Shown here one piece after another: positions 40,152 through 50,466 of a stretch of 64,000 bases of DNA. A program made the translations under genes and the position numbers. The DNA is from Nitrospirota bacterium. Lineage in GTDB: Bacteria > Nitrospirota > UBA9217. A model generated the notes under the pieces. That model made no database searches and was not told where the DNA came from. It worked only from the letters and a program-made list of their open reading frames with translations. Positions within the stretch are counted from its first letter, which is position 1. Each line of letters begins with the position of its first letter. Location of the stretch: assembly GCA_963751455.1 (NCBI GenBank), contig CAVVUN010000015.1, forward strand, positions 864,001-928,000, in the 5' to 3' direction.

Positions 40152-41948
40152 ATGACAAAACTCACGACAGACCTTCTGTGCGAAATTCTTCTTAAGGCGG
40201 GAAAGATATCCCCTGAACAGGCCAAAGAGATCAAAGTGAAGCAGGACGTTCAGCGGATGAAGCTGCTTAAGGCCAGAGGGGAGAAGCTGCACCGGGGCAG
40301 GATGAATATTGAGGAGGAAGTGTCGGCAATCGAAGTAGTTGCTTCGCTGAACTTCGAGTCGCCCGGCGCGCCCGGCCGGCACCTGACTGAGGACATCGTT
40401 ACCGAGACGGTGGCCGGGCATGTCGGGCTGCCGTTTAAAAAGATCGATCCCCTCAAACTAAACCCGGAAGTCACTACCCAGATCCTTTCACGCGCGTTCG
40501 CGCGCAGGACGGTTTCGGTGCCGATCGGCAGAGATGACGAAACCCTCACGCTTGCGGTAGCCGACCCCTACAACATAGAAGTCCTCGAGAACATCGAGCG
40601 GATGGGCTACCGGGTTTCCCGAGTGGTTGCGCCGAAGACGGACATTCTGAAGATCATCACCGAATTCTACGGCTTCCGCTCCTCGGTCAGCGCTGCAGCA
40701 AAGGAAATATCGTCCGACGTGGATCTGGGCAATCTCGAGCAGTTCGTGAAGATGAAGTCGGTGACCGAGATCGAGGCTACAGACAAGCACATCGTCAATG
40801 CAGTTGAGTTCCTCTTCCGCTATGCGTTTGACCAGCGTGCAAGCGACATTCATGTCGAGCCGAAGCGTGAAGTCAGCGAGGTGCGATTGAGGATCGACGG
40901 CATGCTCCATACGATTCATACTATCCCCAAGGCCGTGCATCCGGCATTCGTATCGCGCGTGAAAATGCTTTCCCGCATGGACATTGCGGAAAAAAGACGG
41001 CCTCAGGACGGCAGGATCAAGACCGAATACAAGGGCCGCGAAGTCGAACTGCGCGTCTCAACGATGCCGATCGCGTTCGGGGAAAAAATCGTGATCAGGA
41101 TCTTCGATCCGGACATCCTTCTCCAGGGCCTTGAAGAAATCGGGTTTGAGCCGCGCGAGTACGAGCTCTTCCGCTCGTTCATCGCCAGGCCCCACGGGAT
41201 TGTACTGGTGACCGGACCGACAGGAAGCGGCAAAACAACGACCCTGTACTCCGCCCTCAAGACCGTAGCAACGCCCGAGGTGAATGTTATTACGATTGAA
41301 GACCCGGTGGAAATGATCCATGAACGGTTCAATCAGGTAAGCGTCCAGCCGCAGATCGGCGTTACGTTCGGAAGCACGCTCAGGACGGTATTGCGCCAGG
41401 ACCCGGACATCATCATGGTCGGCGAGATCCGCGACCTCGAGACAGCGGAAAACGCGGTTCAGGCAGCGCTCACAGGCCACCTGGTTTTTTCAACACTCCA
41501 CACGAACGACGCTCCGAGCTCGGTCACCAGGCTGCTCGATCTCGGGATGGCCCCGTATCTTATATCGTCCACGGTCATCGGCGTGATGGCCCAGCGGCTT
41601 GTCCGCAAGATTTGCAAGCACTGCGAAAAGAGCTATGAACTGCTGCCTGAAGAGGCGCAGGCTGTGGGCCTCGCTTCAGACAAGACCCGAAAGGTGCTCG
41701 TAAAATACGGCGAGGGGTGTCCGCAATGCAGGGGGACAGGCTATATGGGCCGGACCGGGGTGTTCGAGGTAATGGAAATAAATGACCGGATCCGTGCCAT
41801 ACTCAGAGACAAGGCGGACGCGGAACTTATTAAGCAAGCCGCCGTTGCGGACGGCATGACAGTGCTGCGCCAGGCAGCAGTCCGCAAAATGCTTATCGGA
41901 GAGACCACCCTGGATGAAGTCATACGAGTGACGGGTGAAAAGATGTAA
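40152..41948 (+). CDS. GspE/PilB family secretion ATPase (stand-alone)
   Basis: ASDIHVEP, RRPQDG, GPTGSGKTTT, RQDPD, GEIRD, tetracysteine motif. Confidence 0.93.
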   Translation: MTKLTTDLLCEILLKAGKISPEQAKEIKVKQDVQRMKLLKARGEKLHRGRMNIEEEVSAIEVVASLNFESPGAPGRHLTEDIVTETVAGHVGLPFKKIDPLKLNPEVTTQILSRAFARRTVSVPIGRDDETLTLAVADPYNIEVLENIERMGYRVSRVVAPKTDILKIITEFYGFRSSVSAAAKEISSDVDLGNLEQFVKMKSVTEIEATDKHIVNAVEFLFRYAFDQRASDIHVEPKREVSEVRLRIDGMLHTIHTIPKAVHPAFVSRVKMLSRMDIAEKRRPQDGRIKTEYKGREVELRVSTMPIAFGEKIVIRIFDPDILLQGLEEIGFEPREYELFRSFIARPHGIVLVTGPTGSGKTTTLYSALKTVATPEVNVITIEDPVEMIHERFNQVSVQPQIGVTFGSTLRTVLRQDPDIIMVGEIRDLETAENAVQAALTGHLVFSTLHTNDAPSSVTRLLDLGMAPYLISSTVIGVMAQRLVRKICKHCEKSYELLPEEAQAVGLASDKTRKVLVKYGEGCPQCRGTGYMGRTGVFEVMEINDRIRAILRDKADAELIKQAAVADGMTVLRQAAVRKMLIGETTLDEVIRVTGEKM

Positions 41949-41992
41949 AATAAAGTGCAAGTGCAAAGTAGAGTAAACCTGAGAAGAATATT

Positions 41993-42264
41993 TGATGAAA
42001 TCGTAAAAAGTCTTTTTATAGCCACAGAGGTCACAGCGGTCTCCGAGGAAGGCTCAAGTTTTTAAGGTGTAACTCTGTGCTCTCTGTGTACTCTGTGGCA
42101 AATCCGGTCTTTTTACGAATCTGTCATATTTGATGATCTCGTAAAAAGTCGTCTCCCCGGTGAAAACCGGGGTCCAGTGGTTATCGAACTTATTGAAAAG
42201 ACTGATACCGGCGTTCGCCGGTATGACGAAATTGGGTGTTTTCTGACTTCTTACGAATGCATCA
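41993..42264. mobile_element. two tandem MITE-like composite elements
   Basis: Shared termini tgatga..tcgtaaaaagtc / ..ttacgaat...tca at 41993-42126 and 42131-42264 with different internal repeats. Confidence 0.6.
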
Positions 42265-42466
42265 TCCTGAAAAAAGCAGTTGGACACGGATAAAATCTGA
42301 TCAACACGGATTTATAGGAAGTTACGAACAGTAATGGATTCACCCAAAAGGCGAGATGGCTTTTTGCTCTATCACATTGTTTTGATCCGCTGTTACCGTG
42401 TTCATCCGTGTTCAAATGCCGTTTTTAGGATCATATTTGCCATTTGGCAAATTTTGGATTAACTTT

Positions 42467-43747
42467 ATGGGCCCATTTATTTCCTTCATACTCGGCCACT
42501 GGCTGCTTTTCGCCGTGTCCGTTATCAGCGTGCTGCTGGCCGCCTTCTTTGCGGCGTCTGAAACCGCGATCGTTTTTTCGAACAAGGCGCATATCCGTGA
42601 AATGTCCGAAACAGGCAGCGCCAGCGCGGCAACGGTTCTGCGGATTCTTCACGAGAAGGACCGCCTGCACAGCACGCTTTTGCTTGCCGAGAATTTCTTT
42701 ATCGTGCTTGCCGCCGCTCTCGGTACCGTCACCGCTGTCCACCTGTTCCCGAACGCGGTTATCGGCGTGGTCGTATCCTCGATCCTCACCACCCTGATCG
42801 TGGTGCTCGTATCGAAGCTGATTCCGAAGGGATTGGCCGCACGGAACCCGGACCAGCTTTCGCTTCTCGTCGCCTATCCCCTCTGGATCGTAATGAGGAT
42901 CGTCTCACCGGCCGCACGACTGCTTGCCACGGTTGCCGATTGTTTCGCGGGGCCGGGGCCGCAGGGCACCCTGTCATGCACTGCCGTGGTGACTGAAGAA
43001 GACATCAAGGCCATGATCAACCTCGGAGAGGAAGGCGGGTCGCTCAAGGAGGAGGAAAAGGAGCTTTTGCACAAGGTATTCGAGTTCGGCGACACGCTGG
43101 CATCGGAGGCCATGCGGCCGAGGACCGAGATTGTGAGCATTCCCTCGGTTGCCACCCTGCAGGAGGTACTCGACCTCGTTTCGGAATTCGGCTATTCACG
43201 CTATCCCGTTATAGAAGAAACGATCGATACGGTGATCGGCATTCTTTATATTAAGGACATACTGGTTGCCATGTCGGCCGGAGAGGTAAACCGCGAAGAC
43301 GGGATCCAGCGCTTCATCAGGCCGGCGTACTTTATCCCTGAGAACAAGCGGTTGAGCGAGCTTCTGTCCGAGATGCAGCGTGAACGATTCCAGATCGCAA
43401 TCGTGATCGACGAATACGGCGGAACTTCGGGACTCGTCACTCTCGAGGACCTTATCGAAGAGATCGTGGGCAGCATCCATGATGAGTTGGAAACGGCGCA
43501 GAAGGAAGTCGAAATCGTCGACGAGAAGAACTTTGTGGTTTCCGGACAATCTGCGCTCGACGAGGTGAACGAACAGATCGGCAGTAATCTCCAGTCGAAC
43601 GACTTCAACACGCTCGGAGGTTTCGTGTTCGGGCTTTTCGGCAGGATGCCGAAGATCGGCGAGCAGCTTAAGTATAAGAGCCTTAAGCTCGAGGTCCTGG
43701 AGCTCGAAGGAAGAAAGATCAACAAGGTGAAGATAACCAAGCTGTAG
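42467..43747 (+). CDS. CNNM/hemolysin family (CorB-like) CBS-domain membrane protein
   Basis: FFAASETA, YSRYPV, VIDEYGGTSGLVTLEDLIEEIVG.I.DE, TLGGF. Confidence 0.93.
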   Translation: MGPFISFILGHWLLFAVSVISVLLAAFFAASETAIVFSNKAHIREMSETGSASAATVLRILHEKDRLHSTLLLAENFFIVLAAALGTVTAVHLFPNAVIGVVVSSILTTLIVVLVSKLIPKGLAARNPDQLSLLVAYPLWIVMRIVSPAARLLATVADCFAGPGPQGTLSCTAVVTEEDIKAMINLGEEGGSLKEEEKELLHKVFEFGDTLASEAMRPRTEIVSIPSVATLQEVLDLVSEFGYSRYPVIEETIDTVIGILYIKDILVAMSAGEVNREDGIQRFIRPAYFIPENKRLSELLSEMQRERFQIAIVIDEYGGTSGLVTLEDLIEEIVGSIHDELETAQKEVEIVDEKNFVVSGQSALDEVNEQIGSNLQSNDFNTLGGFVFGLFGRMPKIGEQLKYKSLKLEVLELEGRKINKVKITKL

Positions 43748-43842
43748 CAATGCGGATTGCGGAATCAAAAGCCACCCCCGCCCGCACCCTCCCCTGAGGG
43801 AGAGGATGAAGGGTGAGGGCGGATCATGATTTGGAGGAAATC

Positions 43843-44766
43843 GTGCGAAAAAAAGTTACGGTTGTTGGAGCGGGGAATGTGGGAGCTACGCTCGTGCAGC
43901 GGATCGCGGAGACCGGCCTGGCTGATGTCGTCATGGTTGATGTCGTTGAGGGAGTGCCCCAGGGGAAGGGACTCGATCTTCTGGAAGCAGGGCCGGTGCT
44001 CGGCTACGATTCGAGGGTCACTGGTTCGAACGGGTATGACGAAACAACCGGGTCGGATATCATCGTGATTACCGCGGGGCTGGCGCGAAAGCCGGGAATG
44101 AGCCGCGACGATCTTCTTGCAGCGAACGGTGAAATCGTAACGAAGGTAGCGGCGGAAACAGGCCGCCGCTCGCCGAAGGCCGTCATGATCGTGGTCACGA
44201 ATCCGATGGACGTCATGGCCTTTGTTGCAATGAAAGCCTGCGGCTTCCCCCGGGAGCGGGTAATCGGCATGGGCGGGGTCCTGGATTCCGCCCGGTTCAG
44301 GACATTTATAGCGGCCGAGCTTGCGGTTTCCGTAGAAAACACCCATGCCTTTGTGCTTGGCGGGCATGGCGACTCCATGGTCCCGCTGCCCCGGTACTCG
44401 ACAGTTGCGGGCATCCCGATTACTGAGCTGATGAGCGGAGACCGTATCCAGAAGCTTGTTGAGCGGACCAGGAACGGCGGCGCCGAGATCGTCGCCCTGC
44501 TCAAGACAGGGAGCGCTTATTACGCGCCGTCAGCGGCCACGCTCGAGATGGTCGAGGCGATACTCCTGGACAAAAAGAAGATACTACCCTGTTCCGCGTA
44601 CCTGGAAGGGGAGTACGGAGTCCGCGGAGCGTTTGCGGGGGTTCCCGTAAAGCTCGGAGAAAAAGGCGTCGAACAGATCGTCGTAATTAAACTGACAGCC
44701 GATGAGAACGCGGCCTTCATGAATTCGGTCGACGCAGTGAGGTCGGGATGCGCGAAATTCACGTAG
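43843..44766 (+). CDS. mdh: malate dehydrogenase
   Basis: [40 protein letters not shown]. Confidence 0.96.
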   Translation: MRKKVTVVGAGNVGATLVQRIAETGLADVVMVDVVEGVPQGKGLDLLEAGPVLGYDSRVTGSNGYDETTGSDIIVITAGLARKPGMSRDDLLAANGEIVTKVAAETGRRSPKAVMIVVTNPMDVMAFVAMKACGFPRERVIGMGGVLDSARFRTFIAAELAVSVENTHAFVLGGHGDSMVPLPRYSTVAGIPITELMSGDRIQKLVERTRNGGAEIVALLKTGSAYYAPSAATLEMVEAILLDKKKILPCSAYLEGEYGVRGAFAGVPVKLGEKGVEQIVVIKLTADENAAFMNSVDAVRSGCAKFT

Positions 44767-45587
44767 AGGAAATCAGGGATAATATTGCCCAGATCTGCAT
44801 CGACGCGGCCTATAATCTGAGCGAGGACGTCCTGATGGCGTTTGACCGCGCAATGGAGACCGAAACAGCCCCGGCTGCCAGAGAGCTCATCGGTCAGTTG
44901 AAGGAGAACGCCCGTATCGCAAAAGAAGAGCACATCCCGATCTGCCAGGATACGGGTGTTGCGATTTTTTTCGTTGAAGTGGGCCAGGACCTCCGGATCA
45001 AGAACGGCTTCATCATCGATGCGGTAAACGAGGGCGTGCGAAAAGGATACAAGGAAGGCTATCTCCGGAAATCCGTTGTCGACCCGCTCACCAGGAAAAA
45101 TACCGGAGACAATACGCCAGCCATAGTCTATACCGAAATTGTGCCTGGAGACAAGCTCAGGATATCCTTCATGCCCAAAGGGGCGGGCAGCGAGAATATG
45201 AGCGTCATCCGCATGCTGCGGCCTACCGAGGGAATTGAGGGAATTACAGCGTTCGTTCTCGAATGTGTTCAAAAGGCGGGCGCCAATCCGTGCCCGCCCA
45301 TCGTGATCGGCGTAGGCATCGGCGGCGACTTCGAAAAGGCCGCGCTCATCGCAAAAAAAGCGCTCCTTCGGCCTGTGGGGAGCCCGAACGCGAAGCTGGA
45401 GCTGGCGACTCTTGAAGAGATGCTGCTCAGGACCGTGAACAGGACCGGCATCGGTCCCGAGGGTCTCGGCGGGAGAGTAACCGCCATGGCTGTGCATGTG
45501 GAAAGTTTTCCATGCCATATCGCGAGCCTGCCGGTTGCGGTGAATATCAACTGCCATGCGGCGAGGCACAAGACGATAATCCTGTAG
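44748..45587 (+). CDS. class I fumarate hydratase alpha subunit
   Basis: [32 protein letters not shown]. Confidence 0.92.
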   Translation: MREIHVEEIRDNIAQICIDAAYNLSEDVLMAFDRAMETETAPAARELIGQLKENARIAKEEHIPICQDTGVAIFFVEVGQDLRIKNGFIIDAVNEGVRKGYKEGYLRKSVVDPLTRKNTGDNTPAIVYTEIVPGDKLRISFMPKGAGSENMSVIRMLRPTEGIEGITAFVLECVQKAGANPCPPIVIGVGIGGDFEKAALIAKKALLRPVGSPNAKLELATLEEMLLRTVNRTGIGPEGLGGRVTAMAVHVESFPCHIASLPVAVNINCHAARHKTIIL

Positions 45588-45673
45588 AGCAGGGAAGCAT
45601 GGCGCAGAGAGCAAGGAGCAGAAACCCTGGGCCGGGGCGTCTGCCCTACTCCATGCACCATGCGCTATGCTCT
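45586..45673. repeat. 7-mer tandem inverted repeat (agagcat / atgctct)
   Basis: agagcagggaagcatggcgcagagagca versus ccatgcaccatgcgctatgctct. Confidence 0.65.
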
Positions 45674-45689
45674 TTGCGGATAGGTGAAC

Positions 45690-46271
45690 ATGACCGACAC
45701 TATTGCAATAACCCCTCCTTTAACGGACGATGTAATCATCAAACTCAAAGCAGGCGACCGCGTGCTGATCACAGGAATAATCTTCACCGGCAGGGACATG
45801 GCGCACAAGTACATGGTCGAGGGGCACAAAAAGGGCGAACCCCTGCCCTTTGATCTTAAAGGCCAGATACTGTACTATACCGGCCCGACGCCGGCACCGC
45901 CGGGCCAGGTAATCGGGTCGGCCGGCCCCACAACGAGCTACCGCATGGACAAATATACGCCGGACTTGCTCGCATTGGGACTCAAGGGAATGATCGGCAA
46001 GGGCCCGCGCAGCGAAGAGGTAAAGGAAGCGATCAGGAAACATAAAGCGATTTATTTCGCCGCGATCGGCGGCGCCGGCGCTCTTATCTCGAAGACCATA
46101 ATCAGGGCAGAGGTGATCGCGTATCCGGAGCTCGGGACCGAGGCGGTCATGCGTCTCGAGGTTAAAAACTTCCCGGTTGTCGTGGCGAACGATATTCAAG
46201 GGGCAGACCTGTATCGCATCGGGGTCGAGCAGTACAAGGAGATCGGGGCGGCTGAGGACGAAGCGTGCTGA
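45690..46271 (+). CDS. class I fumarate hydratase beta subunit
   Basis: TGRDMAH, GPTTSYRMD, MIGKG, ELGTEA. Confidence 0.92.
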   Translation: MTDTIAITPPLTDDVIIKLKAGDRVLITGIIFTGRDMAHKYMVEGHKKGEPLPFDLKGQILYYTGPTPAPPGQVIGSAGPTTSYRMDKYTPDLLALGLKGMIGKGPRSEEVKEAIRKHKAIYFAAIGGAGALISKTIIRAEVIAYPELGTEAVMRLEVKNFPVVVANDIQGADLYRIGVEQYKEIGAAEDEAC

Positions 46272-46447
46272 TAAAGCGTATTCGAATCTCTATCCGCAGA
46301 TTACACAGATGTCGCAGATTTGAAAAGACTAAATGAAATCTGGTTTAATCAGTGAAATCTGCGTAATCTGCGGATAAATCCATACATCGTCAGTTTTGGT
46401 TTATACAGGGCTGCTGAAAAAGAATTTATCACCGTAAGGAGATAAGA

Positions 46448-46981
46448 ATGCCGATCAAATCGAAGATTCGAACCATTCCGGATTATCCGAAAAAAGGGAT
46501 CATGTTCCGGGACATAACCACGCTGATCAAGGACCCCGTGGGCTTCCGCCTCCTCGTGGACAGTTTTACGCAGCGGTACATCCATTCGAGTTATGAATTC
46601 GACACTATCGTGGGCATCGAATCACGGGGCTTCATCGTCGGCGCCGCGATGTCGTACACGCTCGGCAAGGGCTTTATTCCGATCCGGAAAAAAGGCAAAC
46701 TCCCGGCCGAAGTGGAATTCCAGGAGTACGAGCTCGAATACGGAACAGACCGGATCGAGATCCACAGGGATGCGCTGAGGAAAGGCGAGCGCGTGCTCCT
46801 CGTGGACGATTTGCTCGCAACGGGCGGCACGGCGCTTGCCGCAGCGAACCTTATCGAAAAAATAGGGGGCAGGATCGTGGAGATGGCCTTTGTGGTGGAT
46901 CTGCCGGAAGTGGGCGGCAGGAAGAAGCTCGAGAATAAAGGCTATAAGGTATTCGCATTGACCGAATTCGAAGGCGAGTAG
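46448..46981 (+). CDS. apt: adenine phosphoribosyltransferase
   Basis: FRDIT, ESRGF, RKKGKLP, LEYG, VDDLLATGGT. Confidence 0.97.
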   Translation: MPIKSKIRTIPDYPKKGIMFRDITTLIKDPVGFRLLVDSFTQRYIHSSYEFDTIVGIESRGFIVGAAMSYTLGKGFIPIRKKGKLPAEVEFQEYELEYGTDRIEIHRDALRKGERVLLVDDLLATGGTALAAANLIEKIGGRIVEMAFVVDLPEVGGRKKLENKGYKVFALTEFEGE

Positions 46982-47008
46982 ATCTCAGGCTGCCGGGCCG
47001 AAATTGAA

Positions 47009-47989
47009 TTACTGACTTTTAAACTGATCCAGTTCGTCATACGCTTTCCTGGTACAGTCCGGGCAAAGCCCGTGACTGAATTCGGCCTCCGAATGTTCGG
47101 TGATAAAAGATTCTATCTGTTTCCAGCGGCCCTTGTCGTCCCGTATCTTTTTACAGGATGCACAAATCGGCAGCAAGCCGCTCAACTGATTGACCTCGGC
47201 AAAGGCGTCGTGAAGCTGCATGATAAGATGTTCCCGTTGCAGCGAGATGCGATGAACCGTGTGGAATAAAAAATACAGGACTACGAAGTACGCCGCAAGG
47301 CGCTCCAAATGCCAGAACCACCAGCCGGCATTCCATGCCGCAGAGAAAGGAAAACCCATTTCGGCAACGCCGAACAGCAAATAGAGACACGAAAAAAGGT
47401 ACGATTCGACTTTATGCGAACGGGAGAAATCCAGGACAAAATAAAACGCGGCAACCAGGAATAGAATTCCGGCTGCCAGGTTGATGAAAGCGGCAGCGGA
47501 ACTAAATACGTTATTTTGCGCCATTGCCGGAAGGAATTCCTGATACCGCTCTATACAAACACCTGCCGTTACTAAACCCGCTGAAAATAACCAAGGCATT
47601 CGCCGCTTGATTTTTGCGTAACTCACAAATTTCGGAAGCCAGATCAGGGCGGAACCGAAACCTCCAACGAGACTTGCCATACTGTGAAAGAAGATAAAAG
47701 CATTGCCGGTACTGGAAAGCGCGTGAAACCCGTCAAGAATGCCCATGCCGAGAAAGCCTATTGCAAGAGGCGAATACTTCTCGATGTCCTGTTCCGATTT
47801 GCCCTGCAGCAGAAATATCGACATTACGATCGCGGCCATGGCTCCCAGCGCTTCCATGGTCGAATGGAGAGGCTCATGAACGAAAGCGTTGTTACCCCAC
47901 AGCATGCTCAGTGATATGTTGACGGTTAATGCGACGGCTGAGATTGCCGGCAGGAGAAGGAACACGGTTAGACGGTTTGGTGTTGTCAT
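47009..47989 (-). CDS. multi-TM sensor-like protein with C-terminal LPICASCKKIRD/SHGLCPDC domain
   Basis: About seven or eight TM segments and a Cys-containing tail usually appended to signalling proteins. Confidence 0.8.
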   Translation of the reverse strand: MTTPNRLTVFLLLPAISAVALTVNISLSMLWGNNAFVHEPLHSTMEALGAMAAIVMSIFLLQGKSEQDIEKYSPLAIGFLGMGILDGFHALSSTGNAFIFFHSMASLVGGFGSALIWLPKFVSYAKIKRRMPWLFSAGLVTAGVCIERYQEFLPAMAQNNVFSSAAAFINLAAGILFLVAAFYFVLDFSRSHKVESYLFSCLYLLFGVAEMGFPFSAAWNAGWWFWHLERLAAYFVVLYFLFHTVHRISLQREHLIMQLHDAFAEVNQLSGLLPICASCKKIRDDKGRWKQIESFITEHSEAEFSHGLCPDCTRKAYDELDQFKSQ

Positions 47990-48312
47990 AATTATCGTCG
48001 AATTACCGGTCGATTCAGATCCTTTGCAGAAAAACAACCGGCTTCTTGGAGCTTCAGAATCTCAGGGGCATGATATTTTCGTAAAAGTATAGCTGAATTG
48101 AAAGAAGACACAAGCAAAAAAGAAGGGTATTTTAGGCGTATTGCTTTTTCAAAAGCATTTAAGAACAGGGACTTCCGTGATGCCGCGGAGTTTTTTTTAC
48201 ATTTTTGACGGAGGGTCGCTCCTTCCGTGAGGAGCAGCGGGTTGAGAATCGCGGCAGTGCGAAAACGTTTTCAGGCAGGGCCGGTCGGTCCGCAGTTTTC
48301 GGAAATCAGGTG

Positions 48313-50271
48313 CTAAAATTTTTCCACGAGCGCGTATAGCGCGGGATAAACATGCTTGGATGATGCGGCATCTTCCTTCAGCAGCCGCAGGGCCTCGGGA
48401 ATGTGCTTCAGAAAATATTTCTTGTTCTTTACCATGGCCAGAAAACCATACGCCCCGAGCGCCTGCATATGACGCTGGAGGCGGCAGGGAACAAGACTTT
48501 CGGTGAACAGTGCTTCGTTAAACCCGGCTGAATTGTGCTTCATCTCGGCGGTGTAATATGTCAGAAGACGTTCGCGGACTCCGTCGTCAAGACGATGATA
48601 GGGGTCCCAGAGGATCGAGGCGATATCATACGCCGCGGGCGCCATGCGCGCGCCCTGAAAATCGATCAATCGCGGCATGCCTCCCGTAGTAATCATGATG
48701 TTCTGGCACTGAAAGTCGCGGTGGATAACGCCTCTGGGAAAACCATCGACTGTCAGCGCGAGGCGGTGGAACTCGTCCTCCAGGGCCTGCGGGTCCCTGA
48801 TCCCGGCATTCTTCAAGCCGAGGGCAAAGCGTTCGAGAAAGTAGCCGGTTTCCCACCGCAGGTGATCATAATCGAAAATACGCGCCTCGAGAAGCGGATA
48901 TTCGTGCACATGGCGGCTGACGCGCGAATGGAGTTTGACGAGGATGTCGAGCACGCTCCGGTATATGTCCTCGATGTACCCGTTGTCATGAGGGAGTTTC
49001 ATGTAGGAATAGAGGCTGGTATCCCCGAGGTCCTCGAAGAGAGCGATCTTTCTCCGGTCATCCGCGGCTATGAGATCGGGCACCGGCACCGCGTGATTCG
49101 CAAAGAAGCGGCTATAGAGGAGGTGGCGCTCATAATCCGGATCGTCCTGCCTGCATTCCATCAGCACGGCGGTCTTGCTTTCGTTTCTGACACGGAAGTA
49201 GCGGCGGTCCGAGCCGCCCAGGCCGATAAGGATCGCTTCGCTCCAGACGGGCTGCTCTGCGAGCGCAGAGCCAAGGCCGAAATGAAGTGAAAACAGGGGA
49301 TCGGTCAACTCGACCCGTTTTTTTTCTGTCGCATTGAGGGAAGGCTGCATGTCCCCTTCAGAAAGAGTGATGACATAATCGGGACCGATGATCCGGTTTT
49401 CGTGGACGCTCTCGACCATGGCGTTCGGCATCACGATGCAGTTCCTGAGCTTCGAGCCGGTCTTGACATGACTTCCGGTCTCTATCACCACGTATCCGTC
49501 GATTTCAATGCTGCCGCATTCCGAGGAAGGTCCCCGGTAAACGGTTTCGCCGTCCTTCTGCAAAGCATCCAGAACCCCCCGCGTATAGGTAATCGGGTTC
49601 CCGATATCGTTCCATGAGCTTCCGGTGAAGTCCATGGCGCGTACCTTGAAGCCCGCTTGAGATGCGGCTATCCATGCAACGGTAGCATGGGACACGCCCC
49701 GCGGCAGAAAGTTGAGTATCTCCGGCGAATAGACCGCAATGCCCGTATAGGCGACTTTATCCGCGATCTTGCCGGGATCGGGTTTTGACTCGCCCGGATT
49801 TTCCACATCCAGCAGCTGCCCGTATTTGTCGATGACCACATTGCTGAGATGCGGCAGACGATGACAGACGAGGGTCGCGGTATTTCCGGATGAAAGGTGC
49901 TCCTGAATGAGACGTGAGAAGTCTATGTCGAGGAGAATATCGGAATTGTGCACGATAAAGGAGCCGCGCCGCAGAAACTGTTCCGCGTTTTTGAGCGCCC
50001 CGCCGGTCCCGAGGATCGGGTCTTCCGGAAAGAAGCTGATCCTGTCTGCCCACTGCGACCGCTCAGCCCAGGCTCGGATCATGCCGGGCTTGTAATGCAG
50101 GTTTATGCCGATATCGCCGTCCGACACAGCGGTCAGCTTTTCAAGAATGCCCTCGATGATCGGTTTGCCGAGGACCGGGAGCAGGGGCTTGGGCATGTGG
50201 TTCGTGATTGGCCGAAGGCGCTCACCCAGACCTGCGGCAGGAAGGAAGATGTTAATCGGGAATTTTGACAT
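48313..50271 (-). CDS. nucleotidyltransferase (MurU-like) fused to APH-family phosphotransferase (AmgK-like)
   Basis: AAGLGERLRP..PKPL, LGTGG; GGSDRRYFR, FEDLGD, IHRDF..N, IDFQGA, QRHMQALG. Confidence 0.88.
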   Translation of the reverse strand: MSKFPINIFLPAAGLGERLRPITNHMPKPLLPVLGKPIIEGILEKLTAVSDGDIGINLHYKPGMIRAWAERSQWADRISFFPEDPILGTGGALKNAEQFLRRGSFIVHNSDILLDIDFSRLIQEHLSSGNTATLVCHRLPHLSNVVIDKYGQLLDVENPGESKPDPGKIADKVAYTGIAVYSPEILNFLPRGVSHATVAWIAASQAGFKVRAMDFTGSSWNDIGNPITYTRGVLDALQKDGETVYRGPSSECGSIEIDGYVVIETGSHVKTGSKLRNCIVMPNAMVESVHENRIIGPDYVITLSEGDMQPSLNATEKKRVELTDPLFSLHFGLGSALAEQPVWSEAILIGLGGSDRRYFRVRNESKTAVLMECRQDDPDYERHLLYSRFFANHAVPVPDLIAADDRRKIALFEDLGDTSLYSYMKLPHDNGYIEDIYRSVLDILVKLHSRVSRHVHEYPLLEARIFDYDHLRWETGYFLERFALGLKNAGIRDPQALEDEFHRLALTVDGFPRGVIHRDFQCQNIMITTGGMPRLIDFQGARMAPAAYDIASILWDPYHRLDDGVRERLLTYYTAEMKHNSAGFNEALFTESLVPCRLQRHMQALGAYGFLAMVKNKKYFLKHIPEALRLLKEDAASSKHVYPALYALVEKF

Positions 50272-50466
50272 AGTTTTTTTGTTGAGGAAAAAGAAGAAAC
50301 AAACTTTTTAACTACTCAGGTCCACTGATATCCGCAGATTTCGCCGATTGCACAGATTAAATCAAACCTGAATTATTTTTTATATCTGCGTCATCCGCGG
50401 AATCTGCGGACAGGGTTTTTCGCGGTTAATAAGAAAATCTTTGACTTCATCGGCATTGAAAACCGT

